Positions 18,466 to 28,963 of a DNA stretch of 64,000 nucleotides are shown piece after piece (position 1 is the first letter of the stretch; the number at the start of each line of letters is the position of its first letter). The notes below the pieces were generated by a model. It was not told the origin of the DNA. It saw only the letters and a program-made list of their open reading frames with translations, and searched no databases. Both the position numbers and the translations under genes were made by a program. Origin of the DNA: a virus; IMG/VR virus record IMGVR_UViG_3300034095_001503, positions 1 to 64,000 of that record; one strand, 5' to 3'.

Positions 18466-19660
18466 AAAATTAAAAATTGGAATAACAATTGGACTGAAAG
18501 ATAATAAAGAATCAATCTGGACAAATGGTATTAAACAAAATGTTTTAATGTTAACAAGATTGTTAAAAAATTCTAAAAACAATTATGAGATAAAACTTTT
18601 AAACACGTTTGATGTTGATTGGACTGAAAAACCTAGTTATTTAAATGATGTTGATATCTGTACATTTAGAGATAACTTCATGGATATGGATATGTTAATC
18701 GTTATGGGTTCACAAATTTCAAATACTGATATCAAAAAATTTAAAACCGACCCAAATAAAAAAGTGATTGCTTATAAATGTGGTAATAACTATGTTATCA
18801 CAATGGAGAATATTTTATTCAGAGAACAAGAAGAAAATAAATCATATCAATTTGAAGAAGATTATGATGAAATTTGGTATATCCCACAACAAGATGAAGT
18901 TAATAGTGGATTTTATAAAACACTATATAGAACAAACGCTTTCATAGTTCCTTTTATTTGGCATAACCAATACCTATTAGAAGCTCTTACAGATATTGAA
19001 AGGGGATTTAAAAGAGGTAAATTCAAAAAAGATTATCGTTATGAAATTGGTAAAGAGAAAAAAAGAATTGGTGTTATGGAACCAAATCTTAATATTGTTA
19101 AATTTTCTCTAATTCCAACTATGCTTGTTGAAGAATGTTATAGAGGTGATATTGGTAAAGAACACATTGATAAATTAATGCTTACTAATTCTGAGAAAAT
19201 TGCTAAGAATAAAGAATTCATGGCCATGATTAAAACATTTGATTTATTTAAAGATAATAAAATAACAGCTGAAAGTAGATACCAAACAGCATTCATCCTT
19301 TCTCAACACATAGATGTGTTGGTTTGTCATCAAATTTTAAACCCATTAAACTACCTATATTTAGATGCGGCTTATATGGGTTATCCAGTATTACATAACG
19401 CACCAATGTGTAAAGATTTAGGTTATTACTATGAGAATTCAGATACAGTTGATGGTGCTAAACAATTAGATTATATCTTGACTGAACATGATAAAAATAT
19501 TGATGTTTATAATGAAAGAAACGATAAAGTATTGATGAGATATTATGCTGATAATATGAAGCTTGTTAAAACTTATGATAAATTAATTTCCAACCTATTC
19601 AACGGTGGTAATCACGGATTGATTTACAACTCTAAAACAAACTTATATACAAATTTATAA
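18455..19660 (+). CDS. DUF2827-like putative glycosyltransferase
   Basis: SIWTNGIKQN, VMEPNLNIVK, HQILNPLNYLYLD...YPVLHN...GYYY motifs; start set at ATG 18455. Confidence 0.65.
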   Translation: MEIKKLKIGITIGLKDNKESIWTNGIKQNVLMLTRLLKNSKNNYEIKLLNTFDVDWTEKPSYLNDVDICTFRDNFMDMDMLIVMGSQISNTDIKKFKTDPNKKVIAYKCGNNYVITMENILFREQEENKSYQFEEDYDEIWYIPQQDEVNSGFYKTLYRTNAFIVPFIWHNQYLLEALTDIERGFKRGKFKKDYRYEIGKEKKRIGVMEPNLNIVKFSLIPTMLVEECYRGDIGKEHIDKLMLTNSEKIAKNKEFMAMIKTFDLFKDNKITAESRYQTAFILSQHIDVLVCHQILNPLNYLYLDAAYMGYPVLHNAPMCKDLGYYYENSDTVDGAKQLDYILTEHDKNIDVYNERNDKVLMRYYADNMKLVKTYDKLISNLFNGGNHGLIYNSKTNLYTNL

Positions 19661-19673
19661 CAATGTTTATAAA

Positions 19674-19705
19674 CAAAAAAAGGGACTCTTTCGAGTCCCT
19701 TTCTC
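19674..19705. terminator. Bidirectional intrinsic terminator
   Basis: AAAGGGACTC-TTTC-GAGTCCCTTT between convergent genes. Confidence 0.85.
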
Positions 19706-19753
19706 ATTCTTATTAATTTTAGTTTAATTAGAATAATTTTGATTAATCACTGA

Positions 19754-22394
19754 TTAAACAGCATCAACTTTTTCACCAGATTTCTTACCACCACCAAAAA
19801 CATCTTTTAACTCTGCTAATTGTGTTCTAAGTGCAGATATACTAGCGTTAGCTTTTGACATACTAGCTTCTAGTTCTACAATTACTTTACTATAGTTAGC
19901 AATTTTAGCTTCAGCTTTAGCAATATTCGCTTGAGATGAAGAATACAACTCAGTAGCTTTTTTCAAGTCTTCGTTAATCACCATTAATTGTTGTCTTGCA
20001 GCTTTCAATTTAGCTTCACTCTGATTCAAACGATTTTGAAATTCTTCAATCATAGAATCATTGTCAGCTTTTTGAGCTCTAGCATTCATTAGTGAATCTT
20101 GAGAATCTGCTAAAATAGCATTAGCACTAGCTATAGTAGAATCATAACCATCAATAGTTGCTTGGTCATCACCACCATCTGCTAAATATTGAGCTTTTTC
20201 TGCTTCAGTATTTGCTTTATTTGCTTGAGCTTCAGCAATAGCTTTTTCATATTCTGCAATACTAACACTTAAATCAGCATCAGAAGCTTGTGCCTCTGCC
20301 AAGAAATTTTGACTTTCAGCAATTCCTTCTTGAGTTTTTGCCACATCACTATTTGTGTTATTTAGGTCTTCTTGAAGACTAACCATCTCTTGTTGAGACA
20401 TGTTCATTTCAGCAGTTGCTTGATTCAATCCATCTTTTGAAGCCTCTAAACTAGCTTTAGAACTTGCCATGTTCATTTCTGATTCTTGCAATTCCATTTC
20501 TAGTTTTGCAATTTGAGCATTGATATCAGCAGCAGAAACAGCATCAGTAGCATAAACAGCATAAGCTTTAACTCTATCACCAACTAATGGAGCATCGATA
20601 AAATCAACAGCAGCAATGTTTCCAGAAACACTTACTGTAGTGTAATCTTCACCTTCAGTTAATAATAAACCGTTTAAGAAAATAGACTCAGAAGAACTTC
20701 TACCCCAAGTTGTGAATGTAAATCTTACGATTTCTCCATCTGGAGTTTCGTTAACAACCAACTTTTTGTAGTATTCAGCATCAACTCTTTTAGTGATTAA
20801 AGACTCAGCATTTTCAGCACGAGCAATTTCACTATCTAAGTTAGCAACAACTTCAGCGAATGAATCAATTGAAGTTAAATCAGTGTTAGCGATGATGTAA
20901 GATACTTCAGTAGATAATACTTCAGCGATAGACGCTTCAGCTTCCATAGCTCTTTTCTCTTCATTTTTGATACCTTCAGATAATTTAGCATCACTTTCTT
21001 CTCTTGCTTTAGCTTCATCAGAATCAGCAGCTTCTCTTGCAGCAACTTCTTTTTCTATTGCAGAATCTAAACTAGCGAATAATTTAGTATCAATTTCTTC
21101 TCTAGCTTTAGCTTCAGCAGCAATAGCTTCTTCTCTTACAGAAACTTCAGTAGACATTGCAGATTCTAAACTATTAAATAATTTAGTATCACCTTCTTCT
21201 CTTGCTTTAGCTTCAGTAGCATCAGCTTCTTCTCTTACAGAAACTTCAGTAGACATTGAATCAGATAAATTAGAAAATAATTTAGCATCACCTTCTTCTC
21301 TTGCAGAAATTTCAGCAGATAAAGCAGAACTAGCAGACTCAGCTAAAAGTGTAATTGCACCATTCAAGTCATCATCAGCTGATTTGAACGCACCAACGAT
21401 TTCAGTTAATGAATCCAAAGCATCACCATCAACATTAGATAATACATTATCAATTTGACTTTGTAATTTAGCATCACCTTCTTCTCTTGCTTTAGCTTCA
21501 TTAGCATCAGCTTCTTCTCTTACAGAAACTTCTTGTGAAATTGTAGATTTTAAATTAGCTTGTAATTGTCTATCACCTTCTTCTCTTGCTGAAGCTTCAT
21601 TAACATCAGCTTCTTCTCTTACAGAAACTTCTTGTGAAATTGTAGATTTTAAATTAGCTTGTAATTGTCTATCACCTTCTTCTCTTGCTGAAGCTTCATT
21701 AGCATCAGCTTCTTCTAATAGAAACTTCTTGTGAAATTGTAGATTTTAAATTAGCTTGTAATTGAGCATCACCTTCTTTTCTTGCATTAGCTTCATTAAC
21801 ATCAGCTTCTTCTCTAATAGAAACTTCTTGTGAAATTGCAGCATCTAAATTAGCTTGTAATTGAGCATCACCTTCTTTTCTTGCTGAAGCTTCATCTAAA
21901 TCAGCTTCTTCTCTTGCTTCAACTTCTTTTGCCATTGCAGCAGCAGCAGCATCAGCCAATGTAGTAATTGCACCATTGATATCACCATCAGCAGCTTGGA
22001 ATGCACCAATGATTTCAGTTAATGAATCGATAGCAACTGGGTCAGAATTATTAGTGATGAAATCAATTTGATTTTGTAATGCTTTATCACCAGCAACATG
22101 ATGTTCATGTTCGTCACTAATTAAAGCAGATACTTCAGCAGATAATTCAGCGTCAGCTTTAGTTCTAGCTTCATCTTCATTTTTGATACCTTCAAATAAT
22201 TTAGCATCAACAGCTTCTCTTGCTTTAGCTTCAGCAGCTATTGCGGCTTCTGTTTCTTTTGATACAACATCAAAAGCATCACTAACACCAGCAATATCTG
22301 TTAATACGATACCAACTGGGGCTATAATTTTTGCGTTGTCTAATATTAAATCAGACTGTCTATTCAATACAATTTTTGTGTTTTTATTTGCCAT
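19754..22394 (-). CDS. Long coiled-coil fibre protein (~880 aa) interrupted by a 2-nt frameshift at ~21715; joins track ORFs 21705..22394 and 19754..21418
   Basis: The same E..AREE.D..L repeats occur on both sides. The span is 2641 nt and adding 2 nt restores the frame. One repeat copy lacks CT. Confidence 0.75.
21506..21915 (-). repeat. Tandem 99-bp (33-aa) near-identical repeats
   Basis: Units start (atcagcttcttct) at 21506, 21605, 21704, 21801 and 21900, giving spacings 99, 99, 97, 99; a related array lies at ~21020-21310. Confidence 0.9.
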
Positions 22395-22514
22395 AATAAT
22401 TGTTTTTGTTTTTGTTTTTGTTTTACGTTATTTTATTATTTTTCGAACATATGAATCCACCCAACTATTAACTAATAATTGTTTTAAATAACGATACAAT
22501 AAAAGGACTAATCC

Positions 22515-22751
22515 TTATTTGTTGTTATAAAGTAAATTTTTAATGTTTCTTATTGCATTTGTGTATGCAAGTGGTTCACAAGAACCCGTTTCGGTCAAAT
22601 ATTCATTAACATAGGTTGTTAACTCTGGGGTTTCGTCAAAAACAAATTTAGATTTTGTTTTTTCTTTAGTTGCAGTAAACTTTAAACCCTTTGTTTTTAG
22701 ATAGGCGGTTAAATATAAATCAGATGTTACATATGTGATTTCGCTATTCAT
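22515..22751 (-). CDS. DUF5659-like small protein
   Basis: TSDLYLTAYL...G......F.F...V.EY......P..Y...IR..K pattern; late promoter at 22770-22777. Confidence 0.55.
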   Translation of the reverse strand: MNSEITYVTSDLYLTAYLKTKGLKFTATKEKTKSKFVFDETPELTTYVNEYLTETGSCEPLAYTNAIRNIKNLLYNNK

Positions 22752-22827
22752 ATTAATATTTGTTTTATTATAAATATAGATATTTTACTGAAAGTTATTA
22801 AAATATTCAAAAAAAAAATTAAATAAA

Positions 22828-23316
22828 TTAAAAACTCCTATAACTACATCTAATTCTCATACCAAACATAGGTGAATCACTGAAGATTATTGACTTTCCG
22901 TCAATAATATAATCCTCACCATTCTCTTGTAAAAGACCATTTAAATACACATGTTCTGAGTTTAATATTGGTTCATAAGATAATTGAAAAATTGTGTTAT
23001 CATCATCAATAAGACCAGTTGGATTTTCTTTGTCAATATGAATAATATTATTAAAAGATATTTCGGACCAATCAGATAAATCCCACTCCCATTCAATATC
23101 TTTTAATTTGTAGTATTGTTTACCACCATCAACACCCACAATCATTCCAGCCCTTCTTCTTTCTTCTGGTATTTCAATCATGTCATTAATAGTTTCAACA
23201 TTTCGAAAACCATCAATACCGTACAATGGGTCAATAACAGCATAGGTATCATCAGTGGCCATTGGACTAATAAAGCCCATTACACCAACACCACCTATTT
23301 TATAAAAATTAGTCAT
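22828..23316 (-). CDS. Virion protein with small C-terminal beta domain
   Basis: IPEERRRAGMIV segment and VYLNGLLQENGEDY domain also present in the coiled-coil fibre. Confidence 0.55.
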   Translation of the reverse strand: MTNFYKIGGVGVMGFISPMATDDTYAVIDPLYGIDGFRNVETINDMIEIPEERRRAGMIVGVDGGKQYYKLKDIEWEWDLSDWSEISFNNIIHIDKENPTGLIDDDNTIFQLSYEPILNSEHVYLNGLLQENGEDYIIDGKSIIFSDSPMFGMRIRCSYRSF

Positions 23317-23332
23317 AAAACTCTAAAGTTAT

Positions 23333-25468
23333 TTAATCGCAAAACCAAATGTCCAAGACACCATTTGTTTTATTATAAGTCCTATATACCGTATAATTAA
23401 CAGTAAATCCATTTGCGTCCAAAATATTAATATCTGCTAACGATATATAAGGTACATCAAAACCTTGACAACCAAATTGACTATTTTTAAAGTTAGTTGG
23501 TTGTACAAAATCTGATGGCACTATTACATAACCATAACTATTTGTATTTGACGAAAAAGTTATAAAATTGTTAATAATTTCATCACCTAAAGTAAACATT
23601 AAATTATTAACATCATTCAATGTGATGAAACTAGTTGGTAATTTACCATAATAATACCCACTAGGTGCTTTTATTATCGTTGTACTCACACCATTTAATC
23701 CTAACATGTAATTATTTTGTATATCGTTATATGTTAAATCACATATGTTGAATCTAAATTGCTCAATACCACCAATAAATGTACCAGCAAAATTAGTTTC
23801 TATTGGTAATTTTCTATCATTTAAATCTAAACCATCAAATGTTTGGCTTTCTAATAAACCCAATGAACCACCACCTAAACTAAAGTTAAATGGAACACCT
23901 ATTTGTTTGTCTTTATATTCAAATAAACGTCTTGCAATAAATTCATCAAATTCTTCAACTACAAATTTTAATTTGGCGTTTACGTAAAACATTAATCTAC
24001 CTTTTCTACGTTTAGATGTTTTTAATTGACAATCATCTTCGTAATCTGTAATGAATCTAATAACAACATAATTCCATTCATTTGGCATAACCATATTAGG
24101 TTCTGAATATTTTTCCTCTATGGTAACACCACTAACATATGTTCTTTCACCAGTTGTTGATGTAATACAAGCACCAGTATATGTCAATAATCTATAACCA
24201 ATACTACCATTGTCTTTTATTCTAAAACCTAAAGCGTTATCTATAATATCTAAATTATAATCCAATTCAGTAATTGGAGATGTTAAACCACTAAAACTAC
24301 AAATAGTTTGATTTCCTAAACCATCGTTAGGACCAGAACAAGCTGAACAATTACATGTACTACCAGAACTTGCTCTACCATAAATCAAAAATGGGTTTTG
24401 ATTATTTGTTTTTCTTTCAGCTGTTTTAACTACAACAATACCATTACCATCATAAGAACATACTGTTTGACTACCTAATCCATCGTGAACATTACCACAA
24501 ACACCACAAGTATCGTGTGTATCATTTGTGTCTGCTGAAAATACATAAGTACCAGTACTAGCTGTTGATAAACTATATCCATCATCTCTAGCTCTACCAT
24601 AAATTAAAAATGGGTTGGTTATTAAATCAATTTCAACTTGAGGTGGGTCCAACGGTATTGCAACACCATAACTACCAATTATTGATATTTCAGATTCTTT
24701 AGGTATTGTACACCAATTACTTAATGTGTCGGTACACCCAGATGGAATAGTACAACCGATAGTACAACCAGTATCAGCACCATTCCAAATATTCCAGAAT
24801 TTATTTTCAGCTCTAGTACCCATATAAAAGAAAAATCCTTTATTGTTAGGGTAAATATCATTAAGTGTTGTACCAGTATATGTGCAAATATCTTGTTTAT
24901 TTAACCAAAATTCAGCGGCCCATGCTTGATTAATTCTAGTTGGTAAAACTTCATATGAATAACCATCTATTTTATAGTAACCTTGATAAAAACCACCACA
25001 AAATTGTGCATAAGTTGTAGTACCACTTATAATATCTATTGGATATATAAAATTACCAGTTGTACCAGTAACTCTAGTCATTTGAAGTCTTGTATCACCA
25101 GAAGGAATAACCAAAGTTGTACCAGTCAAAGCACTTAATAAAGCTAAATTACTAGTATCACCACTTGTTTTATTGAATAAAACTAATCCATTATCAATTC
25201 CCGTTAAACCAATTGTATTAAATGTATATCCAGTATTTATAGCTTGATTCCATGTAACTAAACTATAAATCGATGTTGCTGATATTTGACTATTAGCAAA
25301 AGTTGTTGGGTTGTTAAAATCATACCAAACTACAAGACATTCACCGTATGCTGGCGGTCCATCATTACAATTATTATATTCATCAGTAGATAAATAAAAA
25401 TCCCAATAGTCAGAATTTGACAATTTTAGGTCTAGTTTATTGAAATTAAAGTTTTTAATATTTCCCAT
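23333..25468 (-). CDS. Large virion structural protein (LamG-like fold with Cys-rich inserts)
   Basis: WAAEFWL, WNYVVIRF, LMFYVN, F.GGIEQFRF LamG-type strands; many SGxT/TGxT motifs. Confidence 0.55.
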   Translation of the reverse strand: MGNIKNFNFNKLDLKLSNSDYWDFYLSTDEYNNCNDGPPAYGECLVVWYDFNNPTTFANSQISATSIYSLVTWNQAINTGYTFNTIGLTGIDNGLVLFNKTSGDTSNLALLSALTGTTLVIPSGDTRLQMTRVTGTTGNFIYPIDIISGTTTYAQFCGGFYQGYYKIDGYSYEVLPTRINQAWAAEFWLNKQDICTYTGTTLNDIYPNNKGFFFYMGTRAENKFWNIWNGADTGCTIGCTIPSGCTDTLSNWCTIPKESEISIIGSYGVAIPLDPPQVEIDLITNPFLIYGRARDDGYSLSTASTGTYVFSADTNDTHDTCGVCGNVHDGLGSQTVCSYDGNGIVVVKTAERKTNNQNPFLIYGRASSGSTCNCSACSGPNDGLGNQTICSFSGLTSPITELDYNLDIIDNALGFRIKDNGSIGYRLLTYTGACITSTTGERTYVSGVTIEEKYSEPNMVMPNEWNYVVIRFITDYEDDCQLKTSKRRKGRLMFYVNAKLKFVVEEFDEFIARRLFEYKDKQIGVPFNFSLGGGSLGLLESQTFDGLDLNDRKLPIETNFAGTFIGGIEQFRFNICDLTYNDIQNNYMLGLNGVSTTIIKAPSGYYYGKLPTSFITLNDVNNLMFTLGDEIINNFITFSSNTNSYGYVIVPSDFVQPTNFKNSQFGCQGFDVPYISLADINILDANGFTVNYTVYRTYNKTNGVLDIWFCD

Positions 25469-26670
25469 TAGAAGTTTTCTAAATTAGTTCTTTTCCAACC
25501 AGTGCTACTTTTAATATATAAGTAGTTATCGTCTCTTGTTATATTTCCTTCACTACCAGCAGCATCATTTGATGATGTTGGAGTATATAAAGGTATAGTT
25601 AAGTCTTGAGGTTTAAAATCATTATTTGTAACAAAATCACCATTGGCATCTGTTATCAAATCTGATGATAACCCTTGACCTTTAGCATGTAATATACTTA
25701 AACCACCACCCAAAGCTGTTTGTTGTGTTCCGTTGAAGTTTAACTCAACATTATTATCTTCAGCAAGTATTGTTTGTGTTTCTAAATGAGTGTTGTTTGA
25801 TGTTGTAATACCAGAAGATAATTCTTTAACTGCTTCAACCAATAATGCTGTTACATTATCATAATGAACACCCATATATTGTTCTGGACTATTAGGGTTT
25901 GTAAATGTTAATTCTGGAACAATATTGTTAACTTCTTGAGCGATAAAACCAATTCTAGTATCACCAGTTGGGTTTTCAGTCCAATTATATGTTACACCTC
26001 TTAATTGATTGACTTTACTCAACGCACCAGTAAGTGTTGTTATGTTTGTTTTAAGTCTTTCATCAGAAGTATTGGTTGTAAGAGTACCATCAGAAGTATA
26101 ATGCAACGCACCAGCTGATGCAGTTGAACCAATACTTCTAAATCTACCATTTCCATTAACATCAAGTATTTGTGTTGGTAATAATGTATTTATACCAATA
26201 TAACCTTGCGTTGCACCACTACCAACTATATTCATAGCCATAGCAGATGGCGAAGCACAATCACCACCAGTCCAAAATCTTATATAATCGTCAGTACCAG
26301 TACCATCTGAACTAATTATATTTAATCCATTAGATTGCTTGCTAGAATATATGTGTGAATCACCAGGTTTACCATATGCAGAATAAACTGCATCATCCCA
26401 AGCTCTAATACCAATACTAACACTACCACTTTGATTTACAACACTAGTGTCGGTGCTAACACCCATCAGAGCTAAACCAGTACGTGCTGAAAGAATCACA
26501 GCACCAGCACCACCAGGACCAGCTCCATCATAATAAAATTTATTATTAGTACCACCTCTAGCATCTATTACATATGCTGGTGATGAAGTATTTACACCTA
26601 TTTTAGAAGCTAATATTGTTGTAGCTGATATGCTAGTTATACCACTAAAGTTATTATTATTGTTTATCAT
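25468..26670 (-). CDS. Tail fibre with peptidase S74 intramolecular chaperone domain
   Basis: IGINT..P...LDVNG repeats; TSDERLKTNI...LRGVTYNW...GFIAQEV...V.Y..VTALLVEAVKEL. Confidence 0.85.
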   Translation of the reverse strand: MINNNNNFSGITSISATTILASKIGVNTSSPAYVIDARGGTNNKFYYDGAGPGGAGAVILSARTGLALMGVSTDTSVVNQSGSVSIGIRAWDDAVYSAYGKPGDSHIYSSKQSNGLNIISSDGTGTDDYIRFWTGGDCASPSAMAMNIVGSGATQGYIGINTLLPTQILDVNGNGRFRSIGSTASAGALHYTSDGTLTTNTSDERLKTNITTLTGALSKVNQLRGVTYNWTENPTGDTRIGFIAQEVNNIVPELTFTNPNSPEQYMGVHYDNVTALLVEAVKELSSGITTSNNTHLETQTILAEDNNVELNFNGTQQTALGGGLSILHAKGQGLSSDLITDANGDFVTNNDFKPQDLTIPLYTPTSSNDAAGSEGNITRDDNYLYIKSSTGWKRTNLENF

Positions 26671-26685
26671 ATTTATTATTTATTT

Positions 26686-28953
26686 TTAGAATGTATTTTT
26701 ATCATATAGTAATTCAACGTTACAAGTCCAATCAATCGTTTTACCAATCTCACCAGTAACATCAATATACATATTAGGTCCAGATATAACGAAACTTGAA
26801 GAGGCTGTTGTAAATTCACTCTTAATGATATAATCAACAACTCCAATTTGTGTTACTGGAGTTGCACCAGTAGAATTAACTCTTACCCACGATGTTATTT
26901 CAGCAGCATAACCCAACATTTTATCACTTGATATTCCTCTAACGTGAGACTTAATTTGAACTATACTAGTATTAGTTGTGGCTGGGTCCATATCACAATA
27001 TATCATTAAAGTCGTTGTATTATCACTCGTTTGCATACAACCACCTCTTTTATCATCTGTAACTGTAATTTGTGGATATCCAGATGGTGAAAATTTATAT
27101 TGATGTTTATCAGTTATAATATTAGTTGAACTCCATTTTTGGTAACCATTATCCGTTATTGTTGATAATATACTAGATGGTGTGTGATTAGTTTGTGATA
27201 ATATAGTATTAGAAGTATCTTCTGATTTAATACCAGTTCCGTAATTTATTCCTAGTGGGTCTAATGAAATAGTATCTGTTAGACCCAAGGCTATATCAGT
27301 AACCGTTGATGTTATAGATGTTGGGGTAGACATAGTTAAAGAACCAACTCCAGTATTCTCTGTGATATATGTATAACCAGTAAATGCTGATGAACCAGAA
27401 ACAACATTTCCAGATGAATCTAAACCTAAGTTAATTAAGCTAGTACCACTTCCAATAGTTTTAATATTCAATGCATTCGTATAAACAGTATTAGCTGATG
27501 TACCAGTTATACCCTCACCAAAAACAATCGTATTCGTATTGGTTGCACTTGAATTTCTACCATGTACAAATGATTGAAGACCAGATGCTACACTACCAGA
27601 ACCTCCACCAGCATGACTATAAGCACCACTAGCTGTAGTAGCAAAACCTTCAGCATGTGACATTTGACCACTTGCTAGTGTAACAGAACCTTCAGCATGA
27701 CTATAATTACCAGTTGCTGAATTACCATTATTTTGTGCATGTGAAAATATACCACTAGCTATAGTTGACCCACCTTCAGCGTGTGAACCAACACCAGATG
27801 CTATTGTGTTACTACCTTCAGCATGTGACCATGTACCACTAGCAATCGTACTATTACCTTCAGCATGACTTGTTGTACCAGACGCAATTGTACCATTACC
27901 TTCAGCATGACTATAAGCACCACCAGCTACCGTGAAATTACCTTCAGCATGCGATGTATTACCAGATGCTATTGCTACAACACCTTCAGCATGTGAATTA
28001 GCACCACTAGCAATAGTAGCGTTACCTTCAGCATGTGCTGCATAACCAGTAGCAGTTGTACTTTCACCTTCAGCATGTGTTCCTCCTGGTCCATTAGATA
28101 TGGTGAATTGACCCTCAGCGTGAGAGTTAACTCCACCAGCATAAGTTGTTTGACCTTCGGCATGACTATTATTACCTATGGCTTGTGTGTAACTACCTTC
28201 AGCATGAGAAGCTGTACCACCAGCTATTGTTTCTGTACCCTCAGCTACAGAAGTATCACCAGTGGCAATACTAGCAGAATTTCCTAATACAGCTGAATTA
28301 GCACCAGTACCAGCAGTCCATATAGTTGAACCAGATGATGAACCATTATATTGCCACTCACCCATTCCTTCAGAATCCAAACAAGTCCAAACATAACCAA
28401 CTTGAGGGTTTTCTGTTATAATAAGTCTTTGTGTTCTTGTAATACCAGAAACATCATTCCATATAGTTCTACCAGTAAAATCTAAACCAATTGTTTCTAA
28501 AATTTGTAATTGTTGTGATGTTATATCACCACTATAAGCACCACCACCTAAATTAGTGAAAGTATTAGCATACATTGAATAACTAACACCAGTATAATGT
28601 GTATACCCAGTGTTTCCATCAATATTAAATAAACTACTAACATCTGGTGTAAATATTGCACCAGTATTTTGTGTTGTAGCTGAATTTGATGGTGTGATTG
28701 CAGACAAACTTGAATCACCTAAACTCATTCTAGTATCAGCCCATGTGAAAATTGTTGTTCCACTATTTCCAGAGAAAGTACCAGTAAGATTATTAATAGT
28801 TTGCGTTATTGAACTTAAATTTGTATTAGGTCCAGTTGGTAAATCACCATAAGGCACACCAAAATATGTCCCACCAGATAATATTGTTGTAGTTTCTATT
28901 CTTTGTTTTACTTGTCTATTGTCAGAAAAGTCTAATTTTGTTCTAAATCCCAT
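26686..28953 (-). CDS. Fibre/adhesin with YadA-head-like 14-aa SHAEG repeats
   Basis: About 15 [ST]HAEG..T.ASG repeats; start at ATG 28953 (MGFRTK), downstream of a late promoter. Confidence 0.8.
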   Translation of the reverse strand: MGFRTKLDFSDNRQVKQRIETTTILSGGTYFGVPYGDLPTGPNTNLSSITQTINNLTGTFSGNSGTTIFTWADTRMSLGDSSLSAITPSNSATTQNTGAIFTPDVSSLFNIDGNTGYTHYTGVSYSMYANTFTNLGGGAYSGDITSQQLQILETIGLDFTGRTIWNDVSGITRTQRLIITENPQVGYVWTCLDSEGMGEWQYNGSSSGSTIWTAGTGANSAVLGNSASIATGDTSVAEGTETIAGGTASHAEGSYTQAIGNNSHAEGQTTYAGGVNSHAEGQFTISNGPGGTHAEGESTTATGYAAHAEGNATIASGANSHAEGVVAIASGNTSHAEGNFTVAGGAYSHAEGNGTIASGTTSHAEGNSTIASGTWSHAEGSNTIASGVGSHAEGGSTIASGIFSHAQNNGNSATGNYSHAEGSVTLASGQMSHAEGFATTASGAYSHAGGGSGSVASGLQSFVHGRNSSATNTNTIVFGEGITGTSANTVYTNALNIKTIGSGTSLINLGLDSSGNVVSGSSAFTGYTYITENTGVGSLTMSTPTSITSTVTDIALGLTDTISLDPLGINYGTGIKSEDTSNTILSQTNHTPSSILSTITDNGYQKWSSTNIITDKHQYKFSPSGYPQITVTDDKRGGCMQTSDNTTTLMIYCDMDPATTNTSIVQIKSHVRGISSDKMLGYAAEITSWVRVNSTGATPVTQIGVVDYIIKSEFTTASSSFVISGPNMYIDVTGEIGKTIDWTCNVELLYDKNTF
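27570..28260 (-). repeat. Tandem 42-nt (14-aa) SHAEG repeats
   Basis: Recurrent ccttcagcatg on the + strand at ~42-nt period; boundaries approximate. Confidence 0.85.
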
Positions 28954-28963
28954 ATTTTTATCG

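Noticed and set aside
21020-21915. CRISPR-like array in the regularly spaced repeats
   Set aside because: The repeats are contiguous 99-bp coding units without unique spacers, and no cas genes are present
1-28953. Diversity-generating retroelement, suggested by Mtd_N-like fibres and near-duplicate DNA at ~15570-15970
   Set aside because: No reverse transcriptase in the window. The duplicates are in-frame TGGTY protein repeats differing at all bases, not an adenine-specific TR/VR pair.
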